NCBI RefSeq assembly: GCF_000196355.1
Contig: NC_007614.1
Coordinates: 3,090,001-3,122,000, forward strand
Reading direction: 5' to 3'
Length of the DNA: 32,000 bases
From: Nitrosospira multiformis ATCC 25196
Lineage (GTDB): Bacteria > Pseudomonadota > Gammaproteobacteria > Burkholderiales > Nitrosomonadaceae
Shown: piece by piece, positions 10,617-19,751 of the stretch
Position numbering within the stretch: the first letter of the stretch is position 1
Layout: the number at the start of each line of letters is the position of its first letter
Translations under genes and position numbers: made by a program
Notes under the pieces: model-generated
What the model was told of the DNA's origin: nothing
What the model saw: the letters and a program-made list of their open reading frames with translations, nothing else
The model's database searches: none

Positions 10617-11657
10617 TTGCAAAGAAGTTCGGTCGCTGCCAGAATTAAGACCTCACCTCCATATTTGTGTCGCTTTACCGCGCCATTGAAGCCCAAATCC
10701 GTAGAAATTTCCTTTTCCCCCGCTGACAACCAGCGTCTGGCGAACCTGTGTGGTGTGCTGGATGAAAACCTGAGGCAGATCGAGACGGTTCTCGATGTCG
10801 CAATTGCAAGGCGGGGAGAACATTTCAGTATCCGGGGGAAGCCACCCCAGACTTCACTTGCCGCGGAAGCTCTGCAGAACTTCTACGATCAGGCGCACCA
10901 TCCTCTGGGCATCGAACAGATTCAACTGGGCCTGATCGAGGCGATGAATCCACATCACCAGAAAAAACAGGGGCCAGATGCCAAGGAAATAGGGGAGCCC
11001 GCCCTGTATACGCGGCGTAGCGATTTGCGCGGACGCACACGCCGCCAAGTGGAGTATCTGCACCAGATCCAGACACATGACATCACTTTTTCCATCGGCC
11101 CCGCAGGCACCGGGAAAACGTATCTTGCGGTTGCAAGCGCAGTGGATGCACTCGAGCGGGATATCGTGGCGCGTATCATACTGGTGCGGCCTGCGGTGGA
11201 AGCAGGCGAACGCCTGGGATTTTTACCGGGTGATATGGTGCAGAAAGTGGATCCTTATTTGCGTCCCCTTTACGATGCGCTCTACGATCTGATGGGGTTC
11301 GATAAAACCAGCAAACAGTTTGAACGAAACGCAATCGAGGTGGCTCCGCTTGCATTCATGCGCGGGCGAACGCTGAACCAGTCTTTCATCATTCTGGATG
11401 AGGCGCAAAATACCACGCCGGAACAGATGAAAATGTTCCTGACCCGCATCGGCTTTGGCTCCAAGGCCGTCGTGACAGGGGATATCACGCAGATTGACCT
11501 TGCAAAACATCAGAAAAGCGGCTTGGTGGAAGCCCAGCAGGTTCTTGAAAAAGTGCGGGGCATTGCCTTTACGCGGTTCGATGCAGAGGATGTGGTGCGG
11601 CATCCGCTGGTGCAAAGAATTGTCAATGCCTATGAGAAATATGAAAGAAAGGAGTAG
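10617..11657 (+). CDS. ybeZ: PhoH-family ATPase (YbeZ-like)
   Basis: GPAGTGKTYLAVASAVDAL Walker A, IILDEAQNTTPEQMKMFLTRIG, VTGDITQIDL. Start uncertain: TTG 10617 or in-frame TTG 10686. Confidence 0.93.
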   Translation: MQRSSVAARIKTSPPYLCRFTAPLKPKSVEISFSPADNQRLANLCGVLDENLRQIETVLDVAIARRGEHFSIRGKPPQTSLAAEALQNFYDQAHHPLGIEQIQLGLIEAMNPHHQKKQGPDAKEIGEPALYTRRSDLRGRTRRQVEYLHQIQTHDITFSIGPAGTGKTYLAVASAVDALERDIVARIILVRPAVEAGERLGFLPGDMVQKVDPYLRPLYDALYDLMGFDKTSKQFERNAIEVAPLAFMRGRTLNQSFIILDEAQNTTPEQMKMFLTRIGFGSKAVVTGDITQIDLAKHQKSGLVEAQQVLEKVRGIAFTRFDAEDVVRHPLVQRIVNAYEKYERKE

Positions 11658-11715
11658 TTCCCCCGGCACTCCTGACAGCGGGAGGCGCGCCAGACCGAAA
11701 CCGGCGAAATTGAAA

Positions 11716-12210
11716 ATGACTGTCCAATATGCGACTTCAACACGCGAGCCGCTTCCTTCCAGAGCCTTGCTTCGTAAATGGGTCAAGGCGGCCCTGGCGC
11801 ATGATGCGGAAATCGCATTACGCATCGTGGACGAAGAGGAAGGCCACCGCCTCAACCGGGACTTTCGCAATAAGGATTATGCAACCAATGTCCTGACCTT
11901 CGTTTACAGGGATGGGCAAATCCATCCTGACTCTCCGCTCGGGGAAAAGCGGGGTGCTTACCCTCTGACCGGCGATATCGTACTCTGTGCGCCGGTAGTG
12001 GAAAATGAAGCGGGTCAGCAGCAAAAGGATCTAATGGCGCATTATGCGCATCTGACGGTGCATGGAGTCCTGCATCTGCAGGGCTATGATCATCAGGAGG
12101 ATGAGGATGCCAAAAACATGGAGGAAACGGAAACCCGGATTCTAGCGTGGTTGGGATATGAGGATCCTTATGCAGGATATCAGCTGGCGGAAGCGGTTGA
12201 TTGTGGATAA
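11716..12210 (+). CDS. ybeY: Endoribonuclease YbeY (rRNA maturation factor)
   Basis: YATNVLTFVY, zinc-binding HLTVHGVLHLQGYDHQ. Start placed at MTVQYATSTREP (11716); the ORF-track start at 11494 would run through phoH. Confidence 0.95.
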   Translation: MTVQYATSTREPLPSRALLRKWVKAALAHDAEIALRIVDEEEGHRLNRDFRNKDYATNVLTFVYRDGQIHPDSPLGEKRGAYPLTGDIVLCAPVVENEAGQQQKDLMAHYAHLTVHGVLHLQGYDHQEDEDAKNMEETETRILAWLGYEDPYAGYQLAEAVDCG

Positions 12211-12282
12211 TGCGAGCACAGTTGATGGCTGACGGCAAGATTTCAATTGATTGGATTTTTATGGCTATGTTGACTTTTACAA

Positions 12283-13119
12283 ATGGATGATCCTCCCCAA
12301 CCTGGCTGGCTGGAACGCATAAGCGGCATGCTCCTGCGGGAACCGGGGAATCGGGTCCAATTGATGGCCCTGCTGCATGCGGCGTACGAACGCAATTTAT
12401 TCGATTCCGATGCGTTGAGCATGATAGAAGGAGTAATACAGGTATCAGAGATCCAGGCACGCGACATCATGGTTCCCCGCTCGCAGATGGATGTCATCGA
12501 CATCAGCGATCCGCCCGAGAAATTCATCCCCGAGGTGATCGAGAAAGCGCATTCGCGTTTTCCGGTTACCGAAAATGACAAAAATAATGTTATCGGTATA
12601 TTGCTGGCAAAGGACCTGTTGCGGTATTACGCGGCGGAGGAAGAGTTTGACGTGCGCGACATGTTGCGGCCGGTGGTATTCATTCCTGAATCCAAGCGCC
12701 TCAATGTCCTGCTTCGGGACTTTCGTACCAATCGCAATCACATCGCAATCGTCGTGGACGAGTATGGTGGAGTTGCAGGACTGCTGACGATTGAAGACGT
12801 GCTGGAGCAGATTGTCGGCGATATCGAGGATGAACATGATTTCGACGAGGTGGAAGACAACATTGTGCAGACGCCAAGCGGCCATTACCGGGTCAAGGCG
12901 ATTACCGAGATCGCGGATTTCAATGAAAGACTTGAAACGGAATTAAACGAATCCGACTATGATACGATCGGAGGTCTGGTCCTGCACGAATTTGGACGCT
13001 TGCCGAAACGAGGTGAATCAGTCATTGTCGGAGGTTTCAAGTTCACGGTGCTTCGCGCGGACAGCCGCAGATTGCACACCTTGCTGGTGGAAAGAAGCAA
13101 CGGCCAGATCGAGCAATAG
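12283..13119 (+). CDS. corC: CBS-domain protein of the CorC/YbeX family
   Basis: ARDIMVPRSQMDVID, FPVTENDKNNVIGILLAKDLL, HIAIVVDEYGGVAGLLTIEDVLEQIVGDIEDEHD, plus CorC_HlyC domain. Confidence 0.94.
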   Translation: MDDPPQPGWLERISGMLLREPGNRVQLMALLHAAYERNLFDSDALSMIEGVIQVSEIQARDIMVPRSQMDVIDISDPPEKFIPEVIEKAHSRFPVTENDKNNVIGILLAKDLLRYYAAEEEFDVRDMLRPVVFIPESKRLNVLLRDFRTNRNHIAIVVDEYGGVAGLLTIEDVLEQIVGDIEDEHDFDEVEDNIVQTPSGHYRVKAITEIADFNERLETELNESDYDTIGGLVLHEFGRLPKRGESVIVGGFKFTVLRADSRRLHTLLVERSNGQIEQ

Positions 13120-13141
13120 GATGCGGCAGGGTTTCAAAAAA

Positions 13142-13711
13142 ATGGTTGAGATCAGACCGGGCAGGAATAAGTCCGGGATGCAGGATAACCTTGAAGCAAG
13201 CAGTACAAACCCGGATCGATGCCTGGTCAGCGAGATGCAGCGGGAGCCGCCGCTGGTGGAAGTGGTCATCGAGGTTCCCCGCGGAAGTTTTATCAAACGC
13301 GGCTCCACCGGAAAAGTGGATTTTATCTCACCCCTGCCTTGCCCGTTCAACTACGGCTCACTCCCGGACTATCTCGGTCTCGATGGCGATCTCCTGGATG
13401 CACTGGTGCTCGGTCCCCGTTTGCCTGCTGGCACCCGTGTACGGGCAAAGGCTTGGGGTGCCGTTCGCATGGTGGATCACGGCATGCTGGATGACAAGCT
13501 TATCTGTAGCGACTTGCCGCCGGACATATTGCAGTGCCAGAAAGTGCTGCGATTTTTTCGATTCTATGCGAAATGCAAGGGACTGCTCAATGTGGCGCGT
13601 GGCCGGTTAGGGCGAAACGCGTGTGAAGGCTGGCGGGATGCGGCTCAGGCGATTGCAAGGGCACGGCCGTGCGGCAACTCCCCGCGCCTTCACTATCCCG
13701 CTGACCGCTAA
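13142..13711 (+). CDS. Inorganic pyrophosphatase-family protein, divergent active site
   Basis: VEVVIEVPRGSFIKR, FNYGSLPDYLGLDGDLLDALVLGP, VRMVDHGMLDDKLI align with family I soluble PPases. Start assumed at 13142; 13178 or 13235 also possible. Confidence 0.75.
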   Translation: MVEIRPGRNKSGMQDNLEASSTNPDRCLVSEMQREPPLVEVVIEVPRGSFIKRGSTGKVDFISPLPCPFNYGSLPDYLGLDGDLLDALVLGPRLPAGTRVRAKAWGAVRMVDHGMLDDKLICSDLPPDILQCQKVLRFFRFYAKCKGLLNVARGRLGRNACEGWRDAAQAIARARPCGNSPRLHYPADR

Positions 13712-13801
13712 CCGCTGCCCCTTTGCAGATTTTGCCAAGTCCCGGGGAACATGGCAGAATTGCGCCCCTTATAAATTTCCCCTGTTCAGCCTGCTTCCGT
13801 C

Positions 13802-15724
13802 ATGCCTCTGCTCACGCTTGAAAAAACGAGTCTCGCCTTCGGTCATCATACCTTGCTCGACCAGGTGGATCTGCAGCTCGATCCCGGGGAGCGCCTGGCG
13901 CTCATCGGCAGGAACGGCGGGGGCAAGTCAAGTCTGCTGCGCGTTCTCGCGGGCGAGATGCAACCGGATGACGGCAGGGTTTGGTATACCCCGGGATTGA
14001 AGCTTGCCTATGTCCCCCAGGAACCGGAACTGGATCCTGATCTCACGGTATTTCAGGAAGTAGCGAAGGGATTGGGGTCAGTCAGCAGGATACTGATCCA
14101 GTATCACGAGGCATCTCATTTACTTAGCGACGGTGCAGATAATACCGATGCTCTTCTAGCGCGCCTGGCGAAACTCCAGGCCGAGCTGGAAGCACAGGAT
14201 GGCTGGCGTATTCAGGCAAGAGTGGAAACTGCCATCGGCAAGCTTGATCTTCCTGCCGATGCCCTGATCAGGCAACTTTCCGGGGGACAGAAAAAGCGGG
14301 CGGCACTGGCACGCGCTCTGGTGATATCGCCCGAGGTGCTGTTGCTGGATGAGCCGACCAATCATCTGGATTTTCTGGCAATCGAATGGCTGGAAGGATT
14401 GCTCAAGGATTTTTCGGGGAGTGTCGTATTCGTCACTCATGACCGCCGCTTCCTCACCCATGTGGCTACCCGCATCGTCGAACTCGATCGGGGCAAGCTG
14501 ACGAGCTTTCCAGGCGACTTTTCCGCATACCAGCGAAAGAAGATGGAGATGCTCGAAGTCGAGGCTATCCATAATCAGAAATTCGATAAGGTGCTGGCGC
14601 AGGAAGAGATCTGGATACGTAAAGGAGTACAGGCGCGTTGCACGCGTAACGAGGGGCGGGTGCGACGGCTCGAAGCACTGCGGCAGGAGCGCGCCGCCCG
14701 GCGCGAGCAGGCGGGAAAGGTTAGCTTAAGCCTGGAAGAAGGCATTAAATCCGGCCGGATGGTGGCGGAACTGGAGCATGTCAGCAAAAGCTACGGAAGC
14801 AAAGCGGTTATCAAGGATTTTTCGTGCCGGATCATGCGCGGCGACCGCGTGGGACTGCTCGGACCCAACGGCGCTGGAAAATCCACCCTGCTCAAGCTGA
14901 TCCTGGGCGAGTTGCAGCCGGACAGCGGTAGCGTACGGCTGGGCACGAAAGCAGCCGTAGCCTACTTCGACCAGATGCGGGAGCAACTCAATGAGGATGC
15001 AACGCTGGTCGATACCATCAGTCAAGGCTCGGATTTCATCGATATCGGAGGTACCAGAAAGCATGTCATCAGCTATCTGGAAGATTTCCTGTTCCCTCCG
15101 CAGCGGGCACGCTCGCCCGTAAAATCACTCTCCGGCGGCGAACGCAACCGGTTGCTGCTGGCAAGGCTGTTCACGCGTCCCGCCAACGTGCTGGTTCTCG
15201 ATGAACCGACCAACGACCTTGATATCGAAACGCTGGAACTGCTTGAAGCATTGCTGCAGAATTACTCGGGAACGCTGTTCCTGGTAAGCCACGATCGCGA
15301 ATTTCTCGACAACGTGGTAACCCAGGTAATTGCCTTCGAGGGAGACGGTATCTTACGGGAATATATCGGCGGTTACGAGGATTGGATGCGTGCCAGAAGT
15401 TTTCAGAAGACAGCGGGCAGACAGCCGATCCCCAAGCCATCTCAACCGGCCCCTCTTAAAGCATACGTGCCCCCCCCTTCCGTTAAACTGGGGTACAAGG
15501 AAACCCGTGAACTTGAGGAGTTGCCTGGAAGGATCGAACTCCTGGAGAAGGAGCAGGCGGAGGTCTCCCGTCAGTTATGTTTGCCTAATATTTACCGTGA
15601 TTCTCCAGAAAAGGCCGCTGTGTTGCAGCGGCGCTTTACCGCGATTGAGGAGGAACTGACGAACTGTCTTACCCGGTGGGAGGAACTCGAAGTGAAAAAC
15701 TCTGCCGCAGGACAGAAAAAATAA
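13802..15724 (+). CDS. uup: ABC-F family ATP-binding protein (Uup)
   Basis: Two ABC domains (GRNGGGKSS...LSGGQKKRAALARAL...LLLDEPTNHLD; GPNGAGKST...LSGGERNRLLLARLF...LVLDEPTNDLD), linker, and Uup-like C-terminal coiled coil. Confidence 0.93.
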   Translation: MPLLTLEKTSLAFGHHTLLDQVDLQLDPGERLALIGRNGGGKSSLLRVLAGEMQPDDGRVWYTPGLKLAYVPQEPELDPDLTVFQEVAKGLGSVSRILIQYHEASHLLSDGADNTDALLARLAKLQAELEAQDGWRIQARVETAIGKLDLPADALIRQLSGGQKKRAALARALVISPEVLLLDEPTNHLDFLAIEWLEGLLKDFSGSVVFVTHDRRFLTHVATRIVELDRGKLTSFPGDFSAYQRKKMEMLEVEAIHNQKFDKVLAQEEIWIRKGVQARCTRNEGRVRRLEALRQERAARREQAGKVSLSLEEGIKSGRMVAELEHVSKSYGSKAVIKDFSCRIMRGDRVGLLGPNGAGKSTLLKLILGELQPDSGSVRLGTKAAVAYFDQMREQLNEDATLVDTISQGSDFIDIGGTRKHVISYLEDFLFPPQRARSPVKSLSGGERNRLLLARLFTRPANVLVLDEPTNDLDIETLELLEALLQNYSGTLFLVSHDREFLDNVVTQVIAFEGDGILREYIGGYEDWMRARSFQKTAGRQPIPKPSQPAPLKAYVPPPSVKLGYKETRELEELPGRIELLEKEQAEVSRQLCLPNIYRDSPEKAAVLQRRFTAIEEELTNCLTRWEELEVKNSAAGQKK

Positions 15725-15742
15725 CGGTAAGTTCCCGTTATT
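15720..15742 (+). terminator. Possible terminator hairpin at the uup 3' end
   Basis: AATAACGG (15720-15727) / CCGTTATT (15735-15742), 7-nt loop, followed by a weak T-rich stretch (ctagcgttttatt). Confidence 0.35.
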
Positions 15743-15813
15743 CTAGCGTTTTATTCATTGACCAGAAATGGCACATCGTTTAGAGTCGCTCTTTTTGTAA
15801 AGAGGGACTGATA

Positions 15814-16143
15814 ATGAAAAGACCTGCAATAGTCAGTTTACTTGCATGCGGATTGCTTCTCGCGCTGGCGGGCACTGCTCAGGCAGTAGGTAATCCGGAG
15901 GCAGGAAAGCAGAAGAATGCCATGTGCATCGGCTGCCATGGAATAGAAGGATACCGGACATCCTATCCTACTGTATATCACGTGCCGAGACTCGGTGGTC
16001 AGCATGCTGAATATCTGGTAAAAGCCCTGCAAGCATACAAGACCGGGGCACGTAATCATCCCAGCATGAAGGGGATAGCGGCCTCATTGTCTCAACAGGA
16101 TATGGAAGATCTGGCCGCGTACTATGCCGGCGCTGGCAAATAA
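15814..16143 (+). CDS. Class I monoheme cytochrome c (c553/c4-domain-like)
   Basis: Signal peptide MKRPAIVSLLACGLLLALAGTAQA; heme motif CIGCH; distal MKGIAASLS. Confidence 0.88.
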   Translation: MKRPAIVSLLACGLLLALAGTAQAVGNPEAGKQKNAMCIGCHGIEGYRTSYPTVYHVPRLGGQHAEYLVKALQAYKTGARNHPSMKGIAASLSQQDMEDLAAYYAGAGK

Positions 16144-16171
16144 CAACCACTGACCAAGCAAGGAAAGCCTC

Positions 16172-16498
16172 ATGAAACATCTTATTATTGGCGCTGCAAG
16201 CGCAGCCTTAATGCTGATTTCCAGCCAGGGAATGGCAACGGATATAGAAGCGGGAAAGAAAAAAGCGGCGGAGGTATGTGCCGCCTGTCACGGTCCGGAT
16301 GGCAATAGTCCTGCACCGGCGTTTCCGATACTGGCCGGGCAACAGGCGAGTTACCTCGCAAAGACCTTGAATGAGTATAAATCCGGGGTTCGGCAAGACC
16401 CTGTGATGGCAGGTATGGCGGCAGCTCTGAGCAAGGAAGACATCGAAAACGTGGCTGCTTACTTTGCCACCCAAAAAGGCCTCAAAACGAAGTATTGA
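16172..16498 (+). CDS. Class I monoheme cytochrome c (c4-domain-like)
   Basis: Signal peptide; heme motif CAACHG; [22 protein letters not shown]. Confidence 0.9.
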   Translation: MKHLIIGAASAALMLISSQGMATDIEAGKKKAAEVCAACHGPDGNSPAPAFPILAGQQASYLAKTLNEYKSGVRQDPVMAGMAAALSKEDIENVAAYFATQKGLKTKY

Positions 16499-16679
16499 TT
16501 GGAATCTCTGAATAAAATCCCGCGGGTGCTTCAATGCTCCGCGGAGAACTTGTCCGGAGGACTTGCCCAAAGGCCTTGGGGGCGGAAGGCACGGGTGGGA
16601 AAATAGCGGGTAACTCCCTTGCCCGCTTGTCTGACAACCGCATAATCCGCCGAAACATCCGACCGCATCGCTTCGAATA

Positions 16680-17111
16680 TCAAATCCCCTGTCTATCCAG
16701 GCATTCGAAATAAACCATGACGTCATATGTAGTCCGGTTTCGTTGTGCCTGCCAGATCATTTCCGCCAGGCATTCCATGGTTTGGTGCATGGCTGCATGC
16801 TCGTTCCCGGTTTTCTTCAGCAGACGCTCGAACCGCGCGCGGATTCCTGCCGGTTGATCTATTGAAAGCTGCTCCTTGATGGCAATATGCATCCCCATGT
16901 GCAGAAACGGGTTGGTTTCGCCCATTTCCGGGGGATAATCCCTATCCTGATGATGTTCCACATCATCAAGCAACGCATGGTATTCCGGGTGCTGCAAAAT
17001 CACCTCGAGCGCCATGTCCTCCATCGCGCTGAGCATTTCCCGTTGCTTGTATTTACGCCAGGTCTCGAAAAAAAATTGACGCGCCTGGTCTCTGGAAGGA
17101 TTGAACATCAA
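16680..17111 (-). CDS. DUF1841 family protein
   Basis: MMFNPSRDQARQFFFETWRKYK...NPFLHMGMHIAIKEQLSIDQPAGIR...H-x3-H...CLAEMIWQAQR resembles the DUF1841 family (recall-based, not searched). Confidence 0.75.
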   Translation of the reverse strand: MMFNPSRDQARQFFFETWRKYKQREMLSAMEDMALEVILQHPEYHALLDDVEHHQDRDYPPEMGETNPFLHMGMHIAIKEQLSIDQPAGIRARFERLLKKTGNEHAAMHQTMECLAEMIWQAQRNRTTYDVMVYFECLDRQGI

Positions 17112-17116
17112 GTTTT

Positions 17117-17764
17117 TTAACGAGGAGTATCCTCAAAGTTTTTTGACTCGTATTCACACAGGTCGTTTATCAGGCAGATCGCACATTTTGGTTTTCTTGC
17201 CACGCAGATATAGCGCCCATGCAAAATCAACCAGTGATGGGCATCCTGGCGGAATTCCTTGGGGACGCACTTGAGGAGCTTGGACTCCACTTCCAGCACG
17301 TTCTTTCCCCTTGCAATTCCCGTACGATTGGCCACGCGGAAAATATGTGTATCCACCGCAATAGTGGGTTGACCAAAGGCAGTATTCAATAACACATTTG
17401 CAGTCTTGCGCCCCACGCCGGGCAGTTTTTCCAGCTGCTCCCGCGTTTCAGGTACTTTTCCGCCATACTGATCAATGAGTATGCGGCATGTTGCCAGGAT
17501 GTTCCTTGCCTTTGTTTTGTACAAGCCGATGCTCTTGATGTATTCCCTCAATGCTTCTTCCCCCATTGCAAGTATTGCCTCGGGTGTATTGGCCTTGGGA
17601 AAGAGCTTCCGCGTGGCAAGGTTCACGCTTTTGTCGGTCGCTTGGGCGGAGAGTGCCACTGCTACCAGCAGTTCAAAGGGGGAGTTGTACTCCAGCTCAG
17701 TGGTAGGATGAGGATTGGCGGCCCTGAAGCGGGTAAAAATCTCACGGCGTATGCTTGAATTCAT
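17117..17764 (-). CDS. nth: Endonuclease III
   Basis: ALSAQATDKSVN, LPGVGRKTANVLLNTAFGQPTIAVDTHIFRVANRTG, C-terminal CX6CX2CX5C iron-sulfur motif. Confidence 0.97.
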   Translation of the reverse strand: MNSSIRREIFTRFRAANPHPTTELEYNSPFELLVAVALSAQATDKSVNLATRKLFPKANTPEAILAMGEEALREYIKSIGLYKTKARNILATCRILIDQYGGKVPETREQLEKLPGVGRKTANVLLNTAFGQPTIAVDTHIFRVANRTGIARGKNVLEVESKLLKCVPKEFRQDAHHWLILHGRYICVARKPKCAICLINDLCEYESKNFEDTPR

Positions 17765-17767
17765 GAA

Positions 17768-18547
17768 TCAGCGGGAAGAAATGTCTGACGTTCTGTCACT
17801 CCAGTCCTCCTTTTTTGATATTCCAGGCGATGGCTGTGCCTTGGCAACCCTTGCGCGCTCCAGCGCTGCCTGAATGGTGACTTTTTTCAGACTGGCCGCG
17901 GATGATGAAGGCGTCATGCCGGCTGTTACTTCGGTTCTTTCGGTTCTTTTTGCCAGCCTTTCCTCCCTTCCCTGTTTCTCGCGTTCCAGCCGCTGCAACC
18001 GCAACTGGTAGCGCATACGGGCACGGTCGGCTGCTTTCTTTTTTTCCACCCTTTCCACCTTCTCCACTGCGAAGTCTTGATGGTCCGGTTCAGTCCACGC
18101 AATTTGGGCGCCGATCTCTGCACACGGAGAATGCTCCTTCGGAAGAACCATCTGGATACAGTCTACCGGGCAGGGTTCCAGGCATAACGAGCAGCCGGTG
18201 CACTCCCCGGAAATAACCGTATGCATTTGTCTCGCCGCCCCCACAATTGCATCCACCGGGCAGACCTGTATGCACACGGTACAACCTATGCACGCTTGCT
18301 CATCAATCAATGCCACCTCTTTCGTTTTGAACACGCCGTGGGCTGTATTCAAAGGAAGGGGTTCCACCCCCAGCAGTCGGGCCAGTTGATGGATGCCGTC
18401 TTCTCCACCCGGGGGACATTGATTGATCTGTGCCCGCCTCTCTGCAATTGCTTCGGCGTAAGGCCTGCAACCCGAAAACCCGCACTGGCGGCATTGGGTT
18501 TGCGGAAGAATGGCATCAATTTTCTCTGCCAGAGAAATATCTTTCAT
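17768..18547 (-). CDS. rnfB: RnfB/RsxB-like ferredoxin protein without the N-terminal membrane anchor
   Basis: [18 protein letters not shown]...INQCPPGG; two [4Fe-4S] motifs [16 protein letters not shown] and [16 protein letters not shown]; charged C-terminal tail. Start at [15 protein letters not shown] (18547). Confidence 0.85.
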   Translation of the reverse strand: MKDISLAEKIDAILPQTQCRQCGFSGCRPYAEAIAERRAQINQCPPGGEDGIHQLARLLGVEPLPLNTAHGVFKTKEVALIDEQACIGCTVCIQVCPVDAIVGAARQMHTVISGECTGCSLCLEPCPVDCIQMVLPKEHSPCAEIGAQIAWTEPDHQDFAVEKVERVEKKKAADRARMRYQLRLQRLEREKQGREERLAKRTERTEVTAGMTPSSSAASLKKVTIQAALERARVAKAQPSPGISKKEDWSDRTSDISSR

Positions 18548-19593
18548 GTTGAACTGGCACCATCGAGGCCCCCCCCATTTGCATTGCACAACACCTGTGC
18601 AATCTCACCCACGAGATGAGGACCGCGATAAACGAGGCCGCTGTATACCTGGATCAGGCTGGCGCCGGCTGCGATTTTTTCGGTAGCGCCGGCCGCATCC
18701 ATGATGCCGCCCACCCCGATAATAGGCAGCGCCCCTTGCAGGGCATGGTGGAGGCGCGCGACGACTGAGGTCGCGCGTTTTGCAAGCGGCGCCCCGCTCA
18801 ATCCGCCCGCTTCCCGCGCATGGGGAAGTGTTTCCACCCCTGCGCGGGAGAGGGTGGTATTGGTGGCAATAACGCCGTCAACACGATGCTTCATCAACAG
18901 TGCGGCGATGGAATCGATTTCCGGCAACTCCAGGTCAGGAGCGATCTTCACCAGAAGTGGGGTGTATTTTCCATGTTCGTCAGCCAGACGCTGCTGATTC
19001 AGTTTCAGCGTGCCAAGCAGGGAATCCAGTTCGGTGGCCTGTTGCAGTTGCCGAAGATTAGGGGTATTTGGAGAAGAAATGTTGACGGTGATATAGCTGG
19101 CGTAGCGATACGCCTTGCGCAGGCATATCAGATAGTCATCCACGGCTTTTTCTACCGGCGTATCGAAGTTTTTCCCGATGTTGATCCCCAGAATACCTTT
19201 GTAGTCCATCGCCTTCACGTTTGCGACAAGACCCTCGATACCGTTATTATTGAAGCCCATGCGGTTGATAATGGAATTTGCCTGCGGCAGGCGAAACAAT
19301 CGGGGCTTGGGATTTCCCGGCTGTGGCCGCGGCGTGACCGTGCCAATTTCGATAAATCCGAATCCAAGGGCCGCCAGCGCGTCTATATGTTCGCCATTCT
19401 TGTCCAATCCCGCTGCCAAGCCGACAGGGTTGGGAAAGGTCAGCCCCATTATGCTGCGAGAACGGCAGGGCGCAGGACGCGCACGGTAGAGCCCAAGCCG
19501 ATGGGCCGTCTCCATCGCGTTGAAGGCAATACCATGCGCGGTTTCCGGTTCGAGGGCAAATACCAGGGGACGGAGCAATGAGTAAAGCATCAT
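18544..19593 (-). CDS. pyrD: Dihydroorotate dehydrogenase, class 2 (quinone)
   Basis: [71 protein letters not shown]. Confidence 0.97.
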   Translation of the reverse strand: MMLYSLLRPLVFALEPETAHGIAFNAMETAHRLGLYRARPAPCRSRSIMGLTFPNPVGLAAGLDKNGEHIDALAALGFGFIEIGTVTPRPQPGNPKPRLFRLPQANSIINRMGFNNNGIEGLVANVKAMDYKGILGINIGKNFDTPVEKAVDDYLICLRKAYRYASYITVNISSPNTPNLRQLQQATELDSLLGTLKLNQQRLADEHGKYTPLLVKIAPDLELPEIDSIAALLMKHRVDGVIATNTTLSRAGVETLPHAREAGGLSGAPLAKRATSVVARLHHALQGALPIIGVGGIMDAAGATEKIAAGASLIQVYSGLVYRGPHLVGEIAQVLCNANGGGLDGASST

Positions 19594-19751
19594 TCATTCT
19601 ACCATTGCCGCCGGGGTGAACGCTTGTTCCCTGATCCGGTCTATACGGAGTCTCCATGATAACCGGCGGCAGGCGGGGTTCAGACGCCATGTCTGGCATA
19701 TTGAAGATTCTAACCGGATATCGGTTGCATAAGTCTTGAACAGGAGCATTC

